Assembly: GCA_964385285.1 (NCBI GenBank)
Contig: CAYLOJ010000002.1
Location: 559 to 64,558 of the forward strand
Source: an uncultured Gammaproteobacteria bacterium
GTDB taxonomy: Bacteria > Patescibacteriota > Patescibacteriia > UBA9570
DNA length: 64,000 nt
Direction of reading: 5' to 3'
Positions 55,928 to 64,000 of the stretch are shown here, one piece after another. Position numbers and translations under genes: made by a program. The notes beneath the pieces were generated by a model. That model was not told where the DNA came from, made no database searches, and was given only the letters and a program-made list of their open reading frames with translations. Position 1 is the first letter of the stretch. Every line of letters begins with the position of its first letter.

Positions 55928-58187
55928 GACCGATTTGTTGCATGTGTCCATGTTGATTTTTCCCAAGAATATCGCCGACACCGCGAATCTCTAAATCTTT
56001 CATAGCCAATTCAAACCCTCCACCCAACTCTTTGATTGAATGCAAAGCACGCAGGCGTTCTTGGCCTTGTTTGGTTAAGTGTTGCTTAGAGTAGAGTAGA
56101 TACGCATAACCTTGAGTATGGCTTCGTCCGATTCTGCCGCGCAGTTGGTAAAGTTGAGCGAGCCCAAAATCTTCTGCATGTTCCACAATCAACGTATTGG
56201 CATTAGCGATATCTAAGCCATTTTCAATGATCGTAGAGGCAATCAGTACATCAATGTTGCCGCTATAGAATTCTTCCATGATATGAATCAGCCGATCTGC
56301 AGATAATTGGCCATGTGCAACTGCTACGGTATGCTTTGGGAAATGTTGATGTACAAAACTCTCTCGGACATGAATAGTGCTGAGATCATTGTGGACGAGA
56401 TAAACTTGGCCATCGCGTTCTAGTTCTTCATGGATGGCTTGCAGCTCAAGTTCGGGAGCAAATTCATTAATGATTGTTTTAACACCGAGGCGTTGTGGTG
56501 GGGCAGTGTTCAACACAGAGATATCGCGTAAGCCAGACATAGCTAAATTTAATGTCCGCGGAATGGGTGTGGCGGTCATCGTTAAGACATGCGCAGCGGC
56601 CCGCAAGGCTTTTAACCGTTCTTTATGCAACACACCAAAGCGTTGCTCTTCATCAATAATGACGCACTGTAACTTTGGAAATTGAATGTCACTCGATAAT
56701 AAACGATGCGTTCCGATCACAATATCTACTTGTCCAGCGCGAATTGCCCGCACTGTTTCTTTGGTTTGTTTAGGAGTTTGTAATCTAGACAAACAGCCTA
56801 CCTTTACGCCATAGCGTTCTAAGCGGCGATGAAATGTATGCCAATGCTGATCGGCCAAAACGGTAGTGGGGGCCAAAATGGCAACCTGTCCACCGCCTTG
56901 GAGTACAACATGGAGGGCGGCACGGAGTGCGACCTCTGTCTTCCCAAAACCGACATCACCACATAATAGGCGATCCATGGGCTTCTCTAAACTAAGATCA
57001 TTAAGAATGTCGACGATGGCTTCTTCTTGATCCGGTGTGAGCGTAAATTCAACATCTTGAGCACATGCAAGCTCTTCAGCGGCTTGGAGGTTAGGAATTG
57101 CACTTGCCTGGGCAGCATCGCGTTGGGCGTGTAGTTCCAATAGCTCTTTGGCAGTATGACGAACATCATCTTGTACGCGGTGCACAATGGTTTCCCACTG
57201 GGTGCCAGATAAACGTGTTAAACGGGGTTGGGCCTGACCAATATATTTTTCTACGCGATTAGCGGCCGATAGTGGAACGAATAGCTTGTCATTCCCCAAA
57301 TATTTTAATTTGAGATACTCTTCACCATCAATGGTTTGACGACCCTCAAATAAACCGATGCCGTGGTCGATATGAACAACATAGTCACCTAATTCCAAGT
57401 CACTGACATCAAGTACATTGGCGAAAGTGGCAATCGACTCTTCTTCGCCAAAAATATGTTCATCGGTTAAAAATAGGAAATGTTCAGCAGGAAACACAAA
57501 GCCATCTAGTAACTTTAATGGTGTGCTTATGGTGATCTCTGGTAAAAGCGTAACAATCTGTTCCGGATTGCGCGTGGCTACTTGAATGCGTAAATATTTC
57601 TCGGCATCCTGCTTCAGCAAGTTAAATCGCTTGTGATAAAATTTTGGAGTGACAAATTCGTATTGTAATTGCTCTTCCTCCCATAACGGCAGGTGAGCGG
57701 CATAGGCATGGGGATAAAACGTGATGTGATAAAGTTTGGGCCCCGATTGTTGGCTAGAGATATTGAAGCTATTCAGTTGTTCGATGGTATTGCCATCAAA
57801 TTCTAGGCGGACTGCAATATGATCCACGATATCAACGATATTGCCACGTACGGCAAAGGTACGAGGGGAGACTGCCCTGGGAAAGCGTTCAAATCCCATA
57901 GTCGTTAACTGTTGTGTTAACGTGGTGATGGATAGGTTTAATTTTGCTTCCAATTCTAAGGTTTGATGGTGGTACTCTTTGGTTGTAATGGTGTGTTCAT
58001 CCAGAAACAGTTGAGAGATAATGGTTTCTTCTGGAAAGGTGTCGTTGAAATAACGGGCTAGGGTACGTAGTTGGATGGCCTCCTTCTCAGATTGCGCTAA
58101 AAAAAAGACTGGCCCCGTATGTAGGAGAGGGGGTAAACGACGCGATAGCTCGAAGGCGATTTCTGTAAGAGTCCGGAAGTGCGGCAC
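55866..58187 (-). CDS. mfd: Transcription-repair coupling factor, shortened
   Basis: RID GDYVVHIDHGIG, GDVGFGKTEVA, DEEQRFG, TATPIPRT, QLRGRIGR, TRG DLEIRG; no C-terminal TRCF domain. Confidence 0.9.
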   Translation of the reverse strand: MPHFRTLTEIAFELSRRLPPLLHTGPVFFLAQSEKEAIQLRTLARYFNDTFPEETIISQLFLDEHTITTKEYHHQTLELEAKLNLSITTLTQQLTTMGFERFPRAVSPRTFAVRGNIVDIVDHIAVRLEFDGNTIEQLNSFNISSQQSGPKLYHITFYPHAYAAHLPLWEEEQLQYEFVTPKFYHKRFNLLKQDAEKYLRIQVATRNPEQIVTLLPEITISTPLKLLDGFVFPAEHFLFLTDEHIFGEEESIATFANVLDVSDLELGDYVVHIDHGIGLFEGRQTIDGEEYLKLKYLGNDKLFVPLSAANRVEKYIGQAQPRLTRLSGTQWETIVHRVQDDVRHTAKELLELHAQRDAAQASAIPNLQAAEELACAQDVEFTLTPDQEEAIVDILNDLSLEKPMDRLLCGDVGFGKTEVALRAALHVVLQGGGQVAILAPTTVLADQHWHTFHRRLERYGVKVGCLSRLQTPKQTKETVRAIRAGQVDIVIGTHRLLSSDIQFPKLQCVIIDEEQRFGVLHKERLKALRAAAHVLTMTATPIPRTLNLAMSGLRDISVLNTAPPQRLGVKTIINEFAPELELQAIHEELERDGQVYLVHNDLSTIHVRESFVHQHFPKHTVAVAHGQLSADRLIHIMEEFYSGNIDVLIASTIIENGLDIANANTLIVEHAEDFGLAQLYQLRGRIGRSHTQGYAYLLYSKQHLTKQGQERLRALHSIKELGGGFELAMKDLEIRGVGDILGKNQHGHMQQIGLNLYTRLLHQAVLQLQADHT

Positions 58188-58226
58188 CTCTGTATTCTAA
58201 CAAAGATCCTCGTGGGATGGTAGGGC

Positions 58227-58254
58227 TTGACAACTCTCTGTTACCTGCTATACT
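58227..58254 (+). promoter_or_regulatory. Strong sigma70 promoter of a candidate sRNA
   Basis: TTGACA-16-TATACT with extended TG. Confidence 0.75.
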
Positions 58255-58260
58255 GGCGCC

Positions 58261-58418
58261 GCTTTTGCACTTTCTATCGCGTTGCAGTGCTACTAGAACT
58301 AGCGCTCAGCCATCCAGATGTATGGGTTGGTCGGATATGCTCACTCCTCCTAAAGCATGCCGATCACTCAAGTAGGCTTTTGTCTCACCTATACATTTGG
58401 ATGATTGAGCGTTTTTTT
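58261..58418 (+). ncRNA. Candidate novel structured sRNA with an anti-SD loop
   Basis: 26-bp stem 58302-58327/58387-58412 with 4 G-U pairs, two inner hairpins, loop CACUCCUCCUAA, terminal U-tract; own promoter. Confidence 0.65.
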
Positions 58419-58432
58419 GTTTTTTACTCCTC

Positions 58433-58461
58433 TTGAAATTAATTGAAAATTCTGTTATAAT
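58433..58461 (+). promoter_or_regulatory. Sigma70 promoter of the DUF5663/large-protein operon
   Basis: TTGAAA-17-TATAAT with extended TG. Confidence 0.75.
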
Positions 58462-58479
58462 ATTTATCACCAATTGTTT

Positions 58480-58818
58480 ATGGATCCACGCCTACATACA
58501 TATTTAAAGCATCTGCTTAATACAGCTCACCATTTACAGGGTGATCGCACGATGCCCGCACCGTTAGCTGAAAAAATGCTTGCGGATCTTCATATTCAGC
58601 TGGAACAGCGCTTAACTGCAACCTTAGTAGATCAATTGCCAGAAGAGGATCAAGAGGCGTTTGCAGCCCTAACTGCCACTACACCTGATCAAAAAGCGGT
58701 GTTTGATTTTTTGAATGCCAAAGTCCCGAATGCGGAAGCAGTCATACAGGTTGTTTTAGTAAAATTTGAAGAGGACTATATTAGTATTGTGAATCGCGGT
58801 AAAGCCAATGCCAATTAG
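58480..58818 (+). CDS. Small acidic helical protein (DUF5663-like)
   Basis: LE.RL...LVDQLPEEDQ..F..FL...VPN pattern typical of this CPR family. Confidence 0.65.
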   Translation: MDPRLHTYLKHLLNTAHHLQGDRTMPAPLAEKMLADLHIQLEQRLTATLVDQLPEEDQEAFAALTATTPDQKAVFDFLNAKVPNAEAVIQVVLVKFEEDYISIVNRGKANAN

Positions 58819-61800
58819 TAACGAACATTATCAGAAGGTGTTAGAAACACGTACACCTGCAGCTGCGTTCAGTGTTGATCAGTTTCGTAGTGCACTAAAG
58901 CATAAAGAATTGGCTGGAGTTTTGACTGATGAAACAAACCCAGAGGCAGTTTCAGTTTTAACGACCTTAGCTGAACAAGCCAAACTACATGGCTTGGAGA
59001 TCTCTGATTTAGATCACACGCTTCAAGAAATTTCTGAGCAGTTGGATATTGAAGCCAATAGTGTAGCTCGTCATGAGCACGAGGCGGATCGTAAAGGAAC
59101 AAGTCTGTTGAATATTCCACATATAGTGGCGGTGCGTTGGAACAGTATGTTGGAGACATTCGGTAAAGGTGTTATTGCAAAGCGCGCCGATGAACAACGT
59201 AAACAACGCCTGTCAGATAAAGATTATATTGCTCAGGTGACGGCAGCAGCGATTGAACGCGCATCGTTACGCAAGCGTTTCCAAGAATATATTGCCATTG
59301 GAGGCTCCGACTTTAGCCAGCGATTGCAAGAGTATATGCATGGCTCCGTTACGCGTGAGTCGGTAGAAAAATCCAAACAGTTTGGAGATGGTGTCGATGC
59401 CATTGTGCAGCAGATTGACTTGCCTAAACCGTTTGAAATCGACGGAGTTGAAATTGAGGCGACGCCGGAAAATTTGGCGATGATTCGTAATCATCTGAGG
59501 TTTGTTATTTCTGATGAAGTCATTCAGTTAGCACAATTGAGTCAGATGCGCGTCATGGAAACCGATGTTTACCATGTGACGGCGAAACGCGATGGCGGCA
59601 AAATGGGGACGCTGCTTTCTAAAGTCCTTGGTTCCGGTACTCTGTGGGGAATGACAATTCGCGGCGGTAGTCGCGCCATCGGAATCGGAGGCTCCATTGT
59701 GGGCGCTAGCTTTGCGGCGAGCCCAGTTGGTTGGAGTGTGTTAGCAGCGGCTGTTGGCACAGGTGCTGTAGCTGGCTATGTTTCCCAGTGGGCGCAATAC
59801 AAATTTGTGCGTCGTCAACAGAAGAAAATGGATTTAGCCACTGGGGCATTGCGAGAGACAGTTGCCATTACTGATCACGATGAAACCGGGGAAAAAATCG
59901 GTGAACGACAAGTTGAGGTCGTGAAAAGCGCCGAGCAAATTAATCATCAATTAAAGGCGGAGGTAGATAAAATTTCCAATTTAGTAACCGCGTTGCAAGA
60001 TGGCGGATTGACCGATTACACACCATTAGAGGAAGCCATTACTGCGGCCTATCGGATTATGATGGATGCTGAGTGTCGCTTATTGCAATCCAAACCCACT
60101 GAAGACAATGCTGAGAAGCAGGATCTGATTTCGTTCGGGATGACAAATCGTTTGCAAGCAGGATTAGATCTAGTCAAGAATTTGAAACAAGCTGCCCTGG
60201 TAGTGCGTGATGCGAAACAGATCGTCAAGCGGAAACGGTATGGTGATTTCTCCAGCAGTGCACAATTGGAGGAACAGTTGCGCAACATCGCAGTGGCCAG
60301 TCGTCAGGAAATTTCCGCTGTAAAAGAAAATTTAGAACGAGCTCTATTAAAAGGAGAAGGAAAGCGTCGGATCATGAGTGCTGTCGTAGGCGGAAGTTTT
60401 GCCGGACTATCGTCCGTAGCCATGGATTATTTCCATCATTGGTTTGGCGAGCACGACGTATCGCCCGCGCAGGCGCCGAGCTTTGAGCATCAGCAGACAG
60501 TCACGGTACATCAAGCTGGTGCCGAATATACAGTGAGTGCTGTTGATCAGCATCAGCTAATGGTACAGGCCGCGGATGGTCAGCAAGAGTTGATTACTCT
60601 ACCCGATGGTGTAGAAACAAATCACATTGTAATCGATGATCAGTTCCAGCTCTATCAAGCAGCTACGGGCGAGCCAGTAGCAGCAATTCACCTGGAATTT
60701 GCAACGGCGGAGACACTGAAGGTGCCTGAGTTAGCCGTATCGTTAGATGTAGATCATTATGCGCCCATTGATATCCAAGGCCATCAATTTGGGATGGTGG
60801 TGAATCAAGATGGCAACCTGGCCTTATATCAGATGAAATTGGATGGCACTGTAGATTTGTCACAGCCGGTTGGCCATACCCCAATGCAGATTTTTTCTGA
60901 GCCGTTACATCAGAAATTTTCCGCCTTGGCACAGACAGATCCTACTCAGGCGACAGAACTCATCAAAGCAGCTAGTAAATTGAATGTCGAAACTCAACCC
61001 GACGGTACAGTCTTGGTAAAATCCGTGTACGATCAATCCATCGTGGCTCAATTTAAAATTGAAACGAGCGGAGTGGTAACCGTGCCTGAGCCGACCACAA
61101 CCCCAGTTTCTGGAGATGTTATTAGCAAATTATTTGCGGATCCGAATAGCGAGGTTGCGCAGGCATTGAATAAAATGGGCGTACAAGCCGGTGAAGTGAG
61201 TGTAGACGCGCAAGGTCATCTGCAGATCCCTGATGCAGCGGTGCGTGGAGAATATTTAGGTCAAACAGCCGGTTGGCGTCAGATGCGTCTAACGTTGCTG
61301 TTAGAAGCGTATCAATCCGGTAAAATATCTGGTACAGAACCGGCAGATGTGGTGGTTGCACGTTTAGAGCGTGCCACTCGTCATCTGCTGATGGAGTCGG
61401 GAAAATATCACGATCCTCAATCTGCCTTAAATGAGGCCTTTGGTAAACCAGCTGACTTTATTGCTAAAAATGAGTTGCCCTTTGTGAATGGGGCCAAGAG
61501 CAATATTGGTGGTCAGTGGGGCGAGTTAGTGGATACCATGCGTCGTGTATCGGTTGATCATCCTGCGGTTGAACAGGCAGCTGCGGTAGGTGATCCTGCC
61601 ACTGCCATTGCAGAAGCCAACCTCATGCCAGATGCTTTGGTCAATGTACATCCTATTACACCGGAACAGTTATTTGAGCACGCAGCTGATTTACAAGCCA
61701 GCACTGCAGCCACAGAAGCTGTGCACCAAGCGTGGAGTCAAGTGGCTGAGCAGAGTGCGAACCTAGTGCTAGGTATAGTTGGTGGTGCTTTAGATTCTTC

Positions 61801-63247
61801 ACTATCTGCCTCGCATTTAATCGGCCGACGGCAGTCAGATCAAATTGAACACGGCACACAACTGCCACCGTTTGTGTTTTCTCCAGAATTTTCTGGCGGT
61901 GACGATGAGGAAGACCTGAGCGTTCCCGCCAAGGCTGAACCCACCAAAGTGGAGGTCGCACACGATGCGAGTGTAGATTATGATGCGGTAGTAGCGGTGT
62001 TACGTCCAGAAGTTACGCAGTCGGAATATATGTATAGATGGCTGAAAAGGGATTATTGGGACAATGACAAAATGAGCACGACCGATGAAGTTAAATTAAT
62101 CACACAGTGCAATGAGATTCTCAAGTTAGTGCAGATTAATATTGGTAATACGGATCAAGCAATCTTGGAGGCTAAAGTGATAGGCAGGGATCCTGATCAG
62201 TTAATAAAATATCTTAATGAGGCCAGTATTGAGGCTATTCGGAAAAAAAATGAGATTGATCAGCATGCAGCACAGCGCGCTAACAAAAAAATGGACGCGG
62301 CTCAGGCGCAATTAAATGGCCTAAACGGACTGGGGCATGTAATTGACGTAGGGGTATTACAAGTACGTATAAATAGCATGCAAGCGATCGATCGTGAATT
62401 GCAAGACGTAGCCAATAATGTCTCAGTTGTCATGGCGTTTCCTGGAACGGTCGAAGCTAGGTTGCGGAGTGTCCGTGGGGAACTAGCAAGCGCTCAAGCT
62501 CGCATCGGTGAACGTATTCGCGCAATCGAACAAGAACAACGGAATCTGGAGCAATTTGAACGTATGCTCACGGAGACATTTAAATCAGCTGAGTTCAGCA
62601 AAGCGCTGCTCGCGGAATTTCGAACGCTGGGCTTGGGCTTACCTGAACAAGGGGCGGGTGTGGTGATGTTAAACAATAACTTTAAGCGTCTGGTGCGGCA
62701 GCAACCTTATCTTAACGATCTACTCATTGCTGGTAAACCTGTGTTGTCCGCGATTAGCGTGGATCTTGCTGATCCAGCAACAGTGCGGACATTAGCAACC
62801 CATATACAAGCCGCTGTCGGCCGGGCTGAAGCAAATCCGAACATTATTCAGTTAGCTAATATTCCGGAACGCCTGCAATGGCAAATCAATGATAAGCTAG
62901 ATACGATTGTACGTGGATTTGGGCTTGGCAAGAAGTTTGGTACTCAACTGGCCGCACATCTCAATGCGAAGTTATCAGCACAGGACGCACAGGTAGCTGC
63001 ACTGGCCTGGTTTAATGAGCAGTGGAATCGTGTGCTCCAAAAAGACGCTGCCCTGAATACAGCTTCGACCGAGCAAAAATTAAAACGATTGAATTGTTTT
63101 GATGCTGCCGATCGGTGGGATGATGCCAAAGTGGCTCAATTATTTGATCGTATTATGGCTAAAGATCAAACGCTATTCGCAGATAGTCCCGCTCCAGATT
63201 CCATTGCAACACGTCTGAATAAACGTTTAGGTGATCCTGATTTCTAA
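58808..63247 (+). CDS. Large (1479 aa) hypothetical protein with Gly/Ala-rich hydrophobic segments and coiled coils
   Basis: Long uninterrupted ORF; no signal peptide; GIGGSIVGASFAASPVGWSVLAAAVGTGAVAG; further hydrophobic helices near aa 525 and 990. Confidence 0.75.
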   Translation: MPISNEHYQKVLETRTPAAAFSVDQFRSALKHKELAGVLTDETNPEAVSVLTTLAEQAKLHGLEISDLDHTLQEISEQLDIEANSVARHEHEADRKGTSLLNIPHIVAVRWNSMLETFGKGVIAKRADEQRKQRLSDKDYIAQVTAAAIERASLRKRFQEYIAIGGSDFSQRLQEYMHGSVTRESVEKSKQFGDGVDAIVQQIDLPKPFEIDGVEIEATPENLAMIRNHLRFVISDEVIQLAQLSQMRVMETDVYHVTAKRDGGKMGTLLSKVLGSGTLWGMTIRGGSRAIGIGGSIVGASFAASPVGWSVLAAAVGTGAVAGYVSQWAQYKFVRRQQKKMDLATGALRETVAITDHDETGEKIGERQVEVVKSAEQINHQLKAEVDKISNLVTALQDGGLTDYTPLEEAITAAYRIMMDAECRLLQSKPTEDNAEKQDLISFGMTNRLQAGLDLVKNLKQAALVVRDAKQIVKRKRYGDFSSSAQLEEQLRNIAVASRQEISAVKENLERALLKGEGKRRIMSAVVGGSFAGLSSVAMDYFHHWFGEHDVSPAQAPSFEHQQTVTVHQAGAEYTVSAVDQHQLMVQAADGQQELITLPDGVETNHIVIDDQFQLYQAATGEPVAAIHLEFATAETLKVPELAVSLDVDHYAPIDIQGHQFGMVVNQDGNLALYQMKLDGTVDLSQPVGHTPMQIFSEPLHQKFSALAQTDPTQATELIKAASKLNVETQPDGTVLVKSVYDQSIVAQFKIETSGVVTVPEPTTTPVSGDVISKLFADPNSEVAQALNKMGVQAGEVSVDAQGHLQIPDAAVRGEYLGQTAGWRQMRLTLLLEAYQSGKISGTEPADVVVARLERATRHLLMESGKYHDPQSALNEAFGKPADFIAKNELPFVNGAKSNIGGQWGELVDTMRRVSVDHPAVEQAAAVGDPATAIAEANLMPDALVNVHPITPEQLFEHAADLQASTAATEAVHQAWSQVAEQSANLVLGIVGGALDSSLSASHLIGRRQSDQIEHGTQLPPFVFSPEFSGGDDEEDLSVPAKAEPTKVEVAHDASVDYDAVVAVLRPEVTQSEYMYRWLKRDYWDNDKMSTTDEVKLITQCNEILKLVQINIGNTDQAILEAKVIGRDPDQLIKYLNEASIEAIRKKNEIDQHAAQRANKKMDAAQAQLNGLNGLGHVIDVGVLQVRINSMQAIDRELQDVANNVSVVMAFPGTVEARLRSVRGELASAQARIGERIRAIEQEQRNLEQFERMLTETFKSAEFSKALLAEFRTLGLGLPEQGAGVVMLNNNFKRLVRQQPYLNDLLIAGKPVLSAISVDLADPATVRTLATHIQAAVGRAEANPNIIQLANIPERLQWQINDKLDTIVRGFGLGKKFGTQLAAHLNAKLSAQDAQVAALAWFNEQWNRVLQKDAALNTASTEQKLKRLNCFDAADRWDDAKVAQLFDRIMAKDQTLFADSPAPDSIATRLNKRLGDPDF

Positions 63248-63250
63248 GCT

Positions 63251-64000
63251 ATGGAACCCGGATCACGTGGTGAGCCACGTCCAGAGGTATTAGAAAAGTT
63301 TTCTGTCCAATGGTATATCAAGGAGCTACAAGATCTTTTTGTGATTGCTGATGAAGCTCGCACATCCGGCGCTCCGGAGTTTGGATATATCACTAGATTA
63401 TTAGAACGTCTATCCGTAGAGTTTGTGCAGGCGGACCAAATTCAAACTCACCATGATCAAGATTTGATTCAAACGTATCGTACCCGGGCAGCCACGTTAT
63501 CGCGTGGTACAGAGGAATTTTTTTCTACAGTTGAACTGGGTCGCTGGTTGCGTGTTTGCCAAGATGCCATCGCTAAAGGTCAAACTCCTGAGCAGATTAG
63601 TGCATGGATTACCCCCGTGCTGGAGCAAAAATTAGGGGACTATGGTCTTCGCTCCACTGAAGCTTCATCTGCACCAATTGCTCCTGTGTTACCACCAGAA
63701 CCAATTCAACCACTGCCAACTAAGCCAGTCGGTCCCAAAAAAAACGTGCGTCCTCAGCAATCACCGGTAGGTAAATTAGGGCTCGCCGCTACTATGGCTG
63801 CCGGCGCATTGGCTGGAGGATATTTACTAGCTGAGTATCTGAAGTCGGAGACAGCCGAGCCAACCGCCTGGCATGAACAGTATAGAGATATTCCACCTCA
63901 ACTATTAGAGCATGTTGTCGGCATTCCACATACTGAGCAACCTGTAGAATTTAAGCCCCAGGCTGATTGGAGAGAGTTAAATCCAGGTGTCTACCAATGG
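63251..64000 (+). CDS. Hypothetical protein, 5' part (runs off window)
   Basis: Not in ORF track. Open for 250 codons from MEPGSRGEPRPE; Pro-rich linker then TM-like LGLAATMAAGALAGGYLLA. Confidence 0.75.
   Translation, partial: MEPGSRGEPRPEVLEKFSVQWYIKELQDLFVIADEARTSGAPEFGYITRLLERLSVEFVQADQIQTHHDQDLIQTYRTRAATLSRGTEEFFSTVELGRWLRVCQDAIAKGQTPEQISAWITPVLEQKLGDYGLRSTEASSAPIAPVLPPEPIQPLPTKPVGPKKNVRPQQSPVGKLGLAATMAAGALAGGYLLAEYLKSETAEPTAWHEQYRDIPPQLLEHVVGIPHTEQPVEFKPQADWRELNPGVYQW

Noticed and set aside
58227-58436. 69-aa ORF; also 6S, SRP or tmRNA identity for this region
   Set aside because: Its TTG is the -35 box itself and the frame crosses the hairpin and U-tract. No SRP GGAA loop motif, no tRNA-like ends, and the 5' and 3' ends do not form the 6S rod.

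Overview
A 64-kb chromosomal segment of a small-genome bacterium, most likely Patescibacteria/CPR. This is inferred from the double-domain ThyX, the K/P-rich RpoD N-tail, the shortened Rel and Mfd, GEAWYVNP-repeat and DUF5663-like proteins, and tRNAs without encoded CCA. Housekeeping blocks are murJ, dnaG-rpoD, thyX, HU, parAB, rel, topA-dprA and mfd, plus tRNA-Asn, tRNA-Arg and tRNA-Leu. There is a kinase/receiver-led type IV pilus operon that includes a ~1200-aa repeat-bearing pilin, and many exported orphans. The variable zone around tRNA-Asn (~8.5-16.2 kb) is a compositional mosaic: two GC-rich, Shine-Dalgarno-led genes with Cys/Asp MopE-like repeats, an integrase-less islet bounded by a 64-bp tRNA-3'/terminator duplication, and two AT-rich genes each preceded by a copy of an 83-bp element. 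The best candidates for new biology are: (1) a stand-alone ~155-nt structured RNA displaying an anti-SD loop, in a genome whose native genes look largely leaderless; (2) a cobalamin riboswitch controlling two exported transcobalamin-like proteins with no transporter alongside; (3) the 83-bp cassette-like sites; (4) a run of apparently catalytically dead enzyme folds. All family calls come from motif recognition by eye; no searches or folding programs were run.
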